From Candidatus Parcubacteria bacterium (GTDB taxonomy: Bacteria > Patescibacteriota > Minisyncoccia > Phycocordibacterales > CALRHW01), in contig SICJ01000001.1 of the NCBI GenBank assembly GCA_009691505.1, positions 1 through 52,092 of the forward strand: a stretch of 52,092 nt of DNA. Reading direction: 5' to 3'. How positions within the stretch are numbered: the first letter of the stretch is position 1; the number at the start of each line of letters is the position of its first letter. The translations under genes and the position numbers were made by a program. Below, piece by piece: positions 34,414 to 43,449 of the stretch. Under the pieces are notes generated by a model that was not told the origin of the DNA, did not search any database, and saw only the letters and a program-made list of their open reading frames with translations.

Positions 34414-35881
34414 AGCTACGTTGTCGCGCGGATTTTCCACTCTTGAAATACTTATTGCTTTTGCAATTGTAACTTTAGCGTTGTCTGCGGCGGCGAGCGT
34501 TTCTTTTGGCGCTCAGTCACTCGTGCTCGACGGAGAGTTATATTTAGGCTCAATCTTGCGTGCAGAGGAAGTATTTGAAAAAACTTTTATCATGTCTTCG
34601 GAAAATGCTGATGAAACGCAAACAGCAATAAATTTTAATCAGATTGTGAGTGCCAAAAACAAAATAGATGATTTTTACAATGAGAAAATTGAAGTTCTTG
34701 ATATTACGCCATGTATTAAAAAGATGTTGGTCTTTGAAAAGTGGTTGCAGGAAAACACTCCGCACTCTACCTTTTTTTCTCAAGTTTTCTCTTATCCAGC
34801 TTTTGTAGAAAAAAACGGCGAAGCGTGTAGTGACAGAGAACTTTTTCCACAAGATTGGGAAAATTATGAAAATAGTTCATTTTCCGCTGAGCTAGAAAAT
34901 ATTACCGACATTGATGTTGTAGATGATACAGTTTTTATTTCAGCTGATATTCTTGATACTGTGAATGTTGCGGACGGTTCTGTTATTACGCACCCCGACC
35001 TTGTTATTTTTGATATAAAAACCTCTAATTTAAAAATATCCGAGCTAGATGTAGGTGCAGGAATTTTAGCTTTTGATTTTGCAGATGGTTATGTTTTTGC
35101 TGTTGCAGACGCCACCACGAGTCAGTTTGTGGTGATTGATGTACGCGACACAGCACAGCCTGCTTTGATCGCGAAGAGAAGCTTGGTGCTCGTAAATTCA
35201 GAAGGCTCTTATCCGCAAGGTAGAAGTATTAAATATTTTGATTCAAAAGTTTATATTGGAACAAAAGAAACAGCAGGACCAGAATTTCATATTTTTGACG
35301 TCACATATCCTGCAAATCCTATTGAGATTGGTTTTTTGGAAATTACTCACAACATAAACAGTATCGCTGTCCGTGATGACATTGCATATCTTGCAACTTC
35401 CGCCAACAGTAAGGAGTTGATTATCTTAGATGTAAAAAACCCACTTGCAATATCTGAAATGGGTTCATTTAATGCAGGCAACAGCTCACCAAATGACAAA
35501 GATGCGACTAGTATTTATTTGCTTGGAAACACCATTTATCTCGGACGAAAAAGAGGAACGGTGACAAATCCAGAGTTTTACATGATTGATGTCTTTATGC
35601 CTTCGTCGCCATCGCTTTTAGGCACGAGTTTTTTAGGACTCACAGGAACTGCATCAAATATTAGCGAAATAATAGTCAGTAGTAATATCGCTTTTCTGGC
35701 GACCACCGACTCTATAAAAGGTTGGTTTGTCTTGGATGTTTCTGTTCCAGAAAATATTAAAAAAATTTCTACCGGGACTTTTGCGCATCCATTATCGGCG
35801 TTTGATATGAAAAACGGAGTGATTTATAGTGTGAGCTCTTCAGATGTATTGTCAGAAAATAAAATTTATGAAATATTTTAA
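34385..35881 (+). CDS. Prepilin-type N-terminal domain fused to an LVIVD-repeat beta-propeller
   Basis: Class III signal LSRG/FSTLEILIAFAIV with Glu at +5. At least 6 LVIVD-like repeats follow (LVIFDIKTSN, FVVIDVRDTAQP, FHIFDVTYPANP, LIILDVKNPL, FYMIDVFMPSSP, WFVLDVSVPENI). Confidence 0.7.
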   Translation: MRLLKILKNRATLSRGFSTLEILIAFAIVTLALSAAASVSFGAQSLVLDGELYLGSILRAEEVFEKTFIMSSENADETQTAINFNQIVSAKNKIDDFYNEKIEVLDITPCIKKMLVFEKWLQENTPHSTFFSQVFSYPAFVEKNGEACSDRELFPQDWENYENSSFSAELENITDIDVVDDTVFISADILDTVNVADGSVITHPDLVIFDIKTSNLKISELDVGAGILAFDFADGYVFAVADATTSQFVVIDVRDTAQPALIAKRSLVLVNSEGSYPQGRSIKYFDSKVYIGTKETAGPEFHIFDVTYPANPIEIGFLEITHNINSIAVRDDIAYLATSANSKELIILDVKNPLAISEMGSFNAGNSSPNDKDATSIYLLGNTIYLGRKRGTVTNPEFYMIDVFMPSSPSLLGTSFLGLTGTASNISEIIVSSNIAFLATTDSIKGWFVLDVSVPENIKKISTGTFAHPLSAFDMKNGVIYSVSSSDVLSENKIYEIF

Positions 35882-36317
35882 AAAGCAAGGGGGCGCCCGC
35901 GCGTACGCGCGGGCGCAAGGCTTTACCTTAATAGAGGTAATTATTTATATTGGTCTTTCGTCACTTCTTCTAACAGGAGTTATGGTTTCAACATTTCAGC
36001 TAATAGATGGAAACAAATGGTTTTCCAAACATGTAAATGCACTAGTGGAGGGAAATTTTGTCTTGCAAAAAATGGCACCGCTTACACGAGATCTTTCTCA
36101 AGACGACATTTTAAATTTTGAAATTTATTTAAAAAACAGTCGTCTTTGGCTTGTGACAGATAAAAACACATCCACACCACAGGCACTTACAACTATAGAT
36201 GTGGTTGTAGAAAATCTAGAGTTTACACGGATAATAGAGGAGAATGCCATGCAAAGTATCCATTTTATTTTTTTGATTAATGATATGAAGTTTAAAAAAA
36301 TAATATGGTTGAAATAA
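35868..36317 (+). CDS. Type IV pilin-like / pseudopilin protein
   Basis: MKYFKKQGGARAYARAQG/FTLIEVIIYIGLSSLLL is a prepilin cleavage and methylation motif with Glu at +5. Confidence 0.7.
   Translation: MKYFKKQGGARAYARAQGFTLIEVIIYIGLSSLLLTGVMVSTFQLIDGNKWFSKHVNALVEGNFVLQKMAPLTRDLSQDDILNFEIYLKNSRLWLVTDKNTSTPQALTTIDVVVENLEFTRIIEENAMQSIHFIFLINDMKFKKIIWLK
35893..35916. repeat. Perfect 24-bp GC-rich palindrome (GCGCCCGCGCGT/ACGCGCGGGCGC) inside the pilin leader-peptide codons
   Basis: The two 12-nt halves are exact reverse complements, with 22 of 24 positions G/C. It begins 12 nt after the stop of the LVIVD gene. Confidence 0.9.
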
Positions 36318-36745
36318 AATTACTACAAAAAAACACAAATAGTCGCAACGAAAAAAAGCAAAAAGGATACATAACAATCGTTTCTTCGGTTATTATTTCC
36401 ATGACGCTTATGATGATTCTGTTGGATCAAAGTAAAGCTGGGTTTTATGCAAGATTAGCAATACTTGATCACGAAAGAAAAACAATAAGTGAAAGATTTG
36501 CTTTTTCATGCGCGGAAATTGCTCGCCTAAGAATATCTGAAAACGTAAATTATGAAGGCAATGAAACAATTACGATGCATGATGGGAACAGCTTATCTCA
36601 GAGTGAGTGTTTTATAAAAGACATCATACATTTTAGCGAAACAATTACTTTTTACACAAGCGCTACCTTTCAAAACGTCGAGACAGACTTACAAGTAGAA
36701 ATCCACCCTACCGATTTCCGCGTTCTTAAATTTCTGTTACAATAA
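36305..36745 (+). CDS. Putative minor pseudopilin (ComGG/GspK-like, no Glu+5)
   Basis: Basic N-terminus followed by a KGYITIVSSVIISMTLMMILL hydrophobic helix. It overlaps the preceding pilin gene by 13 nt. Confidence 0.4.
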   Translation: MVEIKLLQKNTNSRNEKKQKGYITIVSSVIISMTLMMILLDQSKAGFYARLAILDHERKTISERFAFSCAEIARLRISENVNYEGNETITMHDGNSLSQSECFIKDIIHFSETITFYTSATFQNVETDLQVEIHPTDFRVLKFLLQ

Positions 36746-36753
36746 ACCATATT

Positions 36754-37998
36754 ATGAAGAAGAAACAGAGAATAGTTATTTTAGGTGCGGGTTTTGCTGG
36801 TATCAACACTTACCTCTCACTTATTAAAAGAGTTCACGAGAAAGACGTGGAAATTATTTTTATTAATAAAACCAACTATTTTCTTTTTACACCAATGCTA
36901 CACGAGGTAGCGACTGGAAGCCTCGGTCCGCGACATGTAGTGGAATCTGTGCGAAATATTATTTACAAAACTCCTGCTGATCTAATAGTTGCTGAAGTAG
37001 AAAAAGTAGATTTAGAAAAAAAAATAGTTTTTACAGATAAAGGGCGAGTGGAGTTTGATTATATTGTTATTGGGCTTGGTGCGACGACCAATTTTTGTGA
37101 TGTCGCTGGTGCACAAGAAAACTCTTTTGTTCTAAAAGATTTGGCTGATGCAATAAAGCTCCGCAATCATTTTATTTCAATTTTTGAAGAAGCGTCTACC
37201 ATTCCATTTGAAGAAGAACGTAAAAAGATGCTCAGTTTTGCTGTTATTGGTGGAGGTCCGACTGGAGTGGAGCTTGCTGCTGAAATGGCTGATTTCTTTT
37301 TTGATACTTTTAGAAAATATTATAAAGGGCACATTTGTACGGGGGACGTTTCTCTTTATCTTATAAACAGTGGAAAAGAACTTTTGACGATGTTTAGCTC
37401 CGGTATTAGGCAGAAATCTTTAGAAGTTTTGCGTGGAAAAGGGATAAAAGTACTTTTGGATAAAATGGTCACAAATGTTTCAAAAGAAAAAATCATTTTT
37501 ACCGACGGTTCAAGTGTAGACGTTTTTAATACTGTGTGGGTTGCTGGAGTAAAACCGATCCCAATAGAAATTTTACCGGAAGTTGAAAAAGATAAAGCTG
37601 GTAGAATCATTACAGATGAATTTTTACGCGTTAAAAATTTCAAACATGTTTTTGCACTAGGTGACATTTCAGCTTTTATAACAAAAGACGGAAAGTCACT
37701 GCCAATGCTCGCACAGGTCGCAGCAAGACAAGGAAAAGCTACAGGAAAAAATATTTCGGCGTCTATATATGAGAAAAAACTTAGTAAATTTAGATATATA
37801 TCTAAAGGAAATCTTGTTTCGCTCGGTACATGGAAGGCTGTGGGGGGAATAGCCGGAATTACTTGGAGCGGAGTGTTTGCGTGGTGGTTGTGGCGTACAG
37901 TTTACCTTTACAATTTTGCTTCTTGGTCAAACAGAATAAAAATTGTGATTGATTGGACAGTAAATATGTTTTCTCCGAGAGATATTACGAAAGCTTAG
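36754..37998 (+). CDS. ndh: Type II NADH dehydrogenase (NDH-2) family flavoprotein
   Basis: Two Rossmann motifs (IVILGAGFAG and VIGGGPTGVELAAE) and GDIS. Confidence 0.85.
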   Translation: MKKKQRIVILGAGFAGINTYLSLIKRVHEKDVEIIFINKTNYFLFTPMLHEVATGSLGPRHVVESVRNIIYKTPADLIVAEVEKVDLEKKIVFTDKGRVEFDYIVIGLGATTNFCDVAGAQENSFVLKDLADAIKLRNHFISIFEEASTIPFEEERKKMLSFAVIGGGPTGVELAAEMADFFFDTFRKYYKGHICTGDVSLYLINSGKELLTMFSSGIRQKSLEVLRGKGIKVLLDKMVTNVSKEKIIFTDGSSVDVFNTVWVAGVKPIPIEILPEVEKDKAGRIITDEFLRVKNFKHVFALGDISAFITKDGKSLPMLAQVAARQGKATGKNISASIYEKKLSKFRYISKGNLVSLGTWKAVGGIAGITWSGVFAWWLWRTVYLYNFASWSNRIKIVIDWTVNMFSPRDITKA

Positions 37999-38023
37999 TT
38001 TTATTAAATAATTTTCCTGTTTT

Positions 38024-38470
38024 TTAATTAATTCTGTGTTTAATGGGATGCAAATGCGCCGCTATACCTATTGCTGTGGCAATAATCATTAGATTTTTTA
38101 TTATGTACTGACCCTCAAGTGTTGGCACAAAAGCCTGAGTCCACATGATAGAGGGTAGAAGAAACAAAGGCATAAAAGTAGTAAACATGTGAAAGGCGAG
38201 TAGGGGAATTACCTCGCGTTCAAGACCTTTTACAAGAAACATTATTCCAATAAGCATTTCAAAAAGTCCAAAACAGATCATAAACGTTGCAGGCTCTATA
38301 AAAGGCATTGTTGTTTGCAACAAACTTTCTACTAAACCCTCCGCTGGACTAAAGCCAATAACTTTTAGTAAACCAAACCAAAAAAATATCACAAAAATTG
38401 CCAAGCGACTCACGGGCATCGCTATTTTTTGAAGAAAATTTATTATCGCAACATCAATGTCGTAAATCAT
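38024..38470 (-). CDS. Hypothetical polytopic membrane protein (DUF417/DoxX-like?)
   Basis: Four hydrophobic helices; the family assignment is tentative. Confidence 0.45.
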   Translation of the reverse strand: MIYDIDVAIINFLQKIAMPVSRLAIFVIFFWFGLLKVIGFSPAEGLVESLLQTTMPFIEPATFMICFGLFEMLIGIMFLVKGLEREVIPLLAFHMFTTFMPLFLLPSIMWTQAFVPTLEGQYIIKNLMIIATAIGIAAHLHPIKHRIN

Positions 38471-38500
38471 AAATATATTATATCAGATTAAATGGCGTAA

Positions 38501-38854
38501 TTAATCTACTCTGTTTAGTTCATCAATTTTGCTGGCAAGAATAAAATCGTTTTCAGAAAGTCCGCCGATAGAGTGTGTTGAAAGCGTTAAAGTCACTTTA
38601 TTCCAATCGTGGATTTTTATATCTGGGTGATGATTATCATTTTCTGCAATTTCTCCAACTTTATTTACAAAAACCAACGCCTCTCCAAAATCTTTAAATT
38701 TTAAAGTTTTTTCTAGATGTGTATCTTCCACAAGATTCCACTGATTTATTTTTTCTTTTAAATCCGTGAGTTTTCCATGAGCAAGCGCACTCGTCTTGTC
38801 TTCACAGGGCTTACATTTCTTTTTTACTAAGTTTTCTTCCATATTTTTCTGCAT
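38501..38854 (-). CDS. Pterin-4-alpha-carbinolamine dehydratase
   Basis: FGEALVFVNKVGEIAENDNHHPDI...TLSTHSIGGLSENDF is typical of PCD/DCoH. Confidence 0.85.
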   Translation of the reverse strand: MQKNMEENLVKKKCKPCEDKTSALAHGKLTDLKEKINQWNLVEDTHLEKTLKFKDFGEALVFVNKVGEIAENDNHHPDIKIHDWNKVTLTLSTHSIGGLSENDFILASKIDELNRVD

Positions 38855-38866
38855 TTTTCCGCGCCT

Positions 38867-39565
38867 TTAGTTTTCATTTCTAATCGTCGCGTTTTTTATA
38901 ATTTCTAAAATCTCATTTTCATCATCTGACATTATGTAAAGATTTAAGTCAGAATTATCCACGGTTCCAATATCTAGAAGATGACGAATCATAAACTCCT
39001 CTAGTCCTTTCCAGTATTCAACCCCGACCAAAATTATTGGCACATCTTTTATTTTTTTGGTTTGCACAAGTGTGATAATCTCAAAAAATTCATCAAGAGT
39101 TCCAAATCCTCCCGGGAAAAAAACGAAAGCCTCGGCAGAAAAAGACAAACACACCTTTCTTGTAAAAAAATAATATAAATCCAAATGATCTGTCAAAAAA
39201 ATATTAGTTTTTTGTTCGTCTGGCAGTTTGATAGTGATTCCTAAAGAATTTCCTCCAGCTTCAAGCGCACCTTGATTTGCCGCTCCCATTATTCCTGGAC
39301 CTCCGCCAGTAAGTACAGAATATCCTAGCTCGCGAACAATTTTTCCCGCGAGCTCGCGTGCTTTTTCATAATAAGGGTGTCCTTCAGCAAAACGCGCTGA
39401 ACCAAAAAAAGTTACCGATCTGTCGTATTTCATAAGAAAATTAAAACCAGAGGTTAATTCTTGAGAGATACGAGCGACCCTTTCTGCGCCCAATTCTGTC
39501 AAATCCCGCAACCCCATTGGCTTTTCTGGGAGTATTTTTTTGGAAAAATGAGATATGTCTTTCAT
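38867..39565 (-). CDS. LOG-family (TIGR00730) nucleotide phosphoribohydrolase
   Basis: VTFFGSAR, GGGPGIMGAANQGA and PGGFGTLDEFFE motifs. The ATG at 39565 is preferred over 39616. Confidence 0.85.
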   Translation of the reverse strand: MKDISHFSKKILPEKPMGLRDLTELGAERVARISQELTSGFNFLMKYDRSVTFFGSARFAEGHPYYEKARELAGKIVRELGYSVLTGGGPGIMGAANQGALEAGGNSLGITIKLPDEQKTNIFLTDHLDLYYFFTRKVCLSFSAEAFVFFPGGFGTLDEFFEIITLVQTKKIKDVPIILVGVEYWKGLEEFMIRHLLDIGTVDNSDLNLYIMSDDENEILEIIKNATIRNEN

Positions 39566-39629
39566 GTTTACATATAGTTTACAAAATATTATACTAATAT
39601 TGTTACTATTTATCATTTATTATATCACA

Positions 39630-40154
39630 ATGAAGAAACTTTCTTTAAATCAATGGGTGGGAGTTGTGCTTGCGATAGTTATTGTGTCTTGGTTTTTTGC
39701 TTCAAACAACATGTCTATGTTTTCATTTAATAAGAATCCTAACGATACGATAAATAATAATAAAAATATGATGACAGAAGAAAACACAAATGGTGCGGGC
39801 GTAAACATGGGTGCAGACAATTCTTTGGTTATGCAAGATACTTTAGTGGGCGGAGGTGAAATGGCGGTAAACGGTAAATCAATCACTGCAAATTACACAG
39901 GAATGCTTCAAGATGGTACCGTGTTTGATAGTTCTGTGGGAAGAGCGCCTTTTACTTTTACGCTCGGAGCGGGAATGGTGATAAGGGGTTGGGATAAAGG
40001 AATTGAAGGTATGAAAGTAGGTGGAAAACGACGACTTATAATTGCTCCAGATATGGCTTATGGTTCAGCTGGCATCACAGCTCCAGACGGTAAAGTAATA
40101 ATTCCTGAAAACGCGACACTTGTATTTGACGTTGAGCTTTTGGGAGTAAAATAA
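39630..40154 (+). CDS. FKBP-type peptidyl-prolyl cis-trans isomerase, membrane-anchored
   Basis: YTGMLQDGTVFDSS...FTLGAGMVIRGWDKGIEGMKVGGKRRLIIAPDMAYG. The ATG at 39630 is preferred over 39555. Confidence 0.85.
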   Translation: MKKLSLNQWVGVVLAIVIVSWFFASNNMSMFSFNKNPNDTINNNKNMMTEENTNGAGVNMGADNSLVMQDTLVGGGEMAVNGKSITANYTGMLQDGTVFDSSVGRAPFTFTLGAGMVIRGWDKGIEGMKVGGKRRLIIAPDMAYGSAGITAPDGKVIIPENATLVFDVELLGVK

Positions 40155-40155
40155 G

Positions 40156-41385
40156 TTGAGCAACCCAATAACTTTTACAATTAAAAAAAAACTAGACGGC
40201 ACTCTCGGAAGAGCGGGGCTTCTAGAAACACCGCATGGCACTATTGAAACGCCTGCGTTTGTTGCTGTGGGAACAAAAGCGACGGTAAAAGCAATGACGC
40301 CAGAAATGCTCACAGGTGTCGGCGCACAAGTCGTGCTTGCAAATACTTATCATCTTTTTCTCCAGCCGGGAGATGAAATCATCGCACGTGCTGGTGGGTT
40401 GCATTCTTTTATGAATTGGCAAGGACCGACGATGACGGATTCTGGTGGTTTTCAGGTATTCTCGCTCGGTGCTGCGTATGGAAAAGATATTAGTAAAATT
40501 ACAAAAGAAACAGACCCGCAATTTTTACTTTCTGAAGTTATTAACGATCCAGACAATCCAAAAATCGCGACGATAGATGCTGACGGTGTTACTTTTAAAT
40601 CACATTTAGATGGCACTTCGTATTACATTACTCCAGAAAAATCTATAGATATTCAGCACAATCTCGGCGCAGATATTATTTTTGCTTTTGATGAATGCAC
40701 CTCGCCGATGGAGCCGATACATTATCAACGCGAGGCACTGGACCGCACACATCGTTGGGCAAAAAGAAGTCTCGCGCATCATAAGTCAAAAGAAAACGCG
40801 AGTCGGCAGGCGCTTTTTGGAATAGTGCAGGGTGGACGCTTTGAAAATTTACGAAAAGAAAGTGCGGAGGTTTTGTGCGGTATGGACTTTGATGGTTACG
40901 GAATCGGTGGCTCGTTTGCAAAAGAAGATATGACGACTGCTGTCGCGTGGGTAAACGCAATTTTGCCAGAAGATAAACCCCGACACTTGCTCGGAATAGG
41001 AGAGCCAGAAGATTTATTTGCTGGAGTAGAAAATGGCGTAGATCTTTTTGATTGCGTCGCACCTACGCGCGCCGCACGCAACGGAACTCTGTATACAAAA
41101 ATCGGAAAATTAAATTTAATGAATGCAAAATTTGTGGATGATTTTACGCCCGTAGACGAAGGATGCGCTTGCTATACTTGTAAAAATTACACGAAAGCAT
41201 ATTTGTCACATCTTTTTAGAGCAAAAGAAATGCTTGCAGGAACTCTTTCATCAATTCACAACCTGTATTTTATAATCAACCTTGTGCACAGTATGCGACT
41301 GGCGATTTTAGATGGCGGTTTTGCAGAGTTTAAAATAGCGTTTCTAGAGAAATACAATTCCGCGCCAAAAACCACTGCGAAATAA
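40156..41385 (+). CDS. tgt: Queuine tRNA-ribosyltransferase
   Basis: TPAFVAVGTKATVK, DSGGFQVFSL and zinc site CACYTCKNYTKAYLSHL; TTG start. Confidence 0.9.
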   Translation: MSNPITFTIKKKLDGTLGRAGLLETPHGTIETPAFVAVGTKATVKAMTPEMLTGVGAQVVLANTYHLFLQPGDEIIARAGGLHSFMNWQGPTMTDSGGFQVFSLGAAYGKDISKITKETDPQFLLSEVINDPDNPKIATIDADGVTFKSHLDGTSYYITPEKSIDIQHNLGADIIFAFDECTSPMEPIHYQREALDRTHRWAKRSLAHHKSKENASRQALFGIVQGGRFENLRKESAEVLCGMDFDGYGIGGSFAKEDMTTAVAWVNAILPEDKPRHLLGIGEPEDLFAGVENGVDLFDCVAPTRAARNGTLYTKIGKLNLMNAKFVDDFTPVDEGCACYTCKNYTKAYLSHLFRAKEMLAGTLSSIHNLYFIINLVHSMRLAILDGGFAEFKIAFLEKYNSAPKTTAK

Positions 41386-41388
41386 TTT

Positions 41389-43407
41389 ATGAAAAAATCA
41401 CTATTTAAATTAAAAAGTGAATTTGCACCAGCGGGCGATCAACCGAAAGCTATTTCTCTACTCATCGCTGGAATAGAAGACGGTCTGAAAAATCAGACGC
41501 TTTTAGGTGTTACAGGTTCCGGAAAAACATTTACCATGGCAAATGTTATTGCTCAAATAGGAAAAGCAACACTCGTCATCGCGCACAATAAAACTCTCGC
41601 CGCTCAACTCGCTCAAGAATATAAAGAATTTTTCCCCGAAAACGCCGTGCATTATTTCGTTTCTTACTACGATTATTATCAACCTGAAGCATATATGCCA
41701 GTGACGGACACATATATAGAGAAGGAAGCGATGATAAATGAAGAAATAGATCGGCTTCGTCATGCTTCTACGCAAGCATTGCTTACGCGCAAGGATGTCA
41801 TCATTGTTGCATCGGTGTCTTGCATTTACAATCTTGGAAGTCCTGTAGAGTACGAAAGAGTAAATATGAAAGTGGCGGTCGGCGGAAAAACTTCGCGTGC
41901 AGATTTTATGCGAAAACTTATTGAAATTCATTTTGAACGAACGACGGCAGATTTAAAGCCAGCACAGTTTAGAGCGATTGGTAATTCTATAGAAGTAATG
42001 CCTGTTTCTGAAAAAGTAATTTATAAAATTGATTTTGACGCGGGCGCGATTTATTTGATTCAAAAAATAGATGCGATTTCACGCACAATCATAGAAACAG
42101 TAGGCAACTTTTTTCTTTTCCCAGCAAAACATTTCGTGACTGAAGAGCCACAAATAAAACGCGCCTTTAATGCGATAAAAGCAGAGCTTGATTTACGTCT
42201 TGCTGAGCTCGGAAAAAACGGAAAGATTTTGGAAGTGGAGCGTCTTAAACGTCGCACTTCTTATGACCTCGCGATGATTCGCGAAATCGGTTATTGCAAC
42301 GGAATTGAAAATTATTCTAGACATTTTGCGGGAAAATCCGAAGGAGAACCGCCAGAAACTCTTCTTTCATATTTTCCACACAAAGCCGACGGCACACCAG
42401 ATTTTTTGACTATTATTGATGAATCACACGTGACGATTCCGCAGATACGCGGAATGTATGCTGGTGACAGATCAAGAAAAGAAACACTCGTGGAGCACGG
42501 TTTTCGTTTACCTTCCGCAAAAGACAATCGCCCGCTCCAATTTAATGAATTTGAAGAGCGGGTCGGTCAGATGATTTTTACATCGGCAACACCGAGCGTT
42601 TATGAAAAAGAAAATAGTAAAAAAGTGGTGGAGCAAGTGATTCGACCGACAGGACTTATAGATCCAATAGTAGAAGTGCGACCGATAATAGAAAAAGGAA
42701 AATACAAAGGTCAGATTCATGATTTTATTTCTAATGCAGAAAAAGTAATAAAAGTGGGTCAGCGTGCGATTGCCACAACTCTTACAAAAAAAATGGCGGA
42801 AGATTTGAGCGAATATTTAAAAGAAAAGGGAATAAAAGCGCAATATCTTCACAGCGACATAAAAACTCTTGAGCGAATAGAAATTTTAACCGAGTTTAGA
42901 AGAGGGAAGTTTGATGTTTTGGTTGGGGTAAACTTGTTGCGAGAAGGTTTAGATTTACCAGAGGTTTCTTTTATAGGAATTTTAGATGCAGATAAGTCTG
43001 GATTTTTGCGAAGCGAGACATCGCTGATTCAAATTATAGGACGTGCCGCGCGCAACGTAGACGGAAAAGTCATTCTCTACGCAGATTTTTTTACTCCTGC
43101 TATGGAATATGCGATCAGTGAAACCAATCGTCGCCGTGTTATCCAAATCGCTTACAATACAAAGCACGGCATTACTCCAAAAACGATTATCAAAAAAATC
43201 GCAGATATTACCGAACAACTTCGTAGCGAACATCAGAAAACCGTCGCGACACTCATTGAGCTGGATAGAAAATCATTTGAAAAAGACCCGAAAAAACTTA
43301 TTAAAGCAAAAGAACGACAAATGAATGACGCTGTAAAGGTTTTGGATTTTGAAACAGCCGCTATTTTGCGTGACGAGCTTTTAGAACTCACAAAGCGTGT
43401 GCTATAA
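41389..43407 (+). CDS. uvrB: Excinuclease ABC subunit B
   Basis: GVTGSGKTFTMANVI, YFVSYYDYYQPEAY, helicase motifs, and a C-terminal UVR motif (FETAAILRDEL). Confidence 0.95.
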   Translation: MKKSLFKLKSEFAPAGDQPKAISLLIAGIEDGLKNQTLLGVTGSGKTFTMANVIAQIGKATLVIAHNKTLAAQLAQEYKEFFPENAVHYFVSYYDYYQPEAYMPVTDTYIEKEAMINEEIDRLRHASTQALLTRKDVIIVASVSCIYNLGSPVEYERVNMKVAVGGKTSRADFMRKLIEIHFERTTADLKPAQFRAIGNSIEVMPVSEKVIYKIDFDAGAIYLIQKIDAISRTIIETVGNFFLFPAKHFVTEEPQIKRAFNAIKAELDLRLAELGKNGKILEVERLKRRTSYDLAMIREIGYCNGIENYSRHFAGKSEGEPPETLLSYFPHKADGTPDFLTIIDESHVTIPQIRGMYAGDRSRKETLVEHGFRLPSAKDNRPLQFNEFEERVGQMIFTSATPSVYEKENSKKVVEQVIRPTGLIDPIVEVRPIIEKGKYKGQIHDFISNAEKVIKVGQRAIATTLTKKMAEDLSEYLKEKGIKAQYLHSDIKTLERIEILTEFRRGKFDVLVGVNLLREGLDLPEVSFIGILDADKSGFLRSETSLIQIIGRAARNVDGKVILYADFFTPAMEYAISETNRRRVIQIAYNTKHGITPKTIIKKIADITEQLRSEHQKTVATLIELDRKSFEKDPKKLIKAKERQMNDAVKVLDFETAAILRDELLELTKRVL

Positions 43408-43449
43408 TTTAGTTTGAATTAATAAAAATTAACCCGAACAATATTTACC

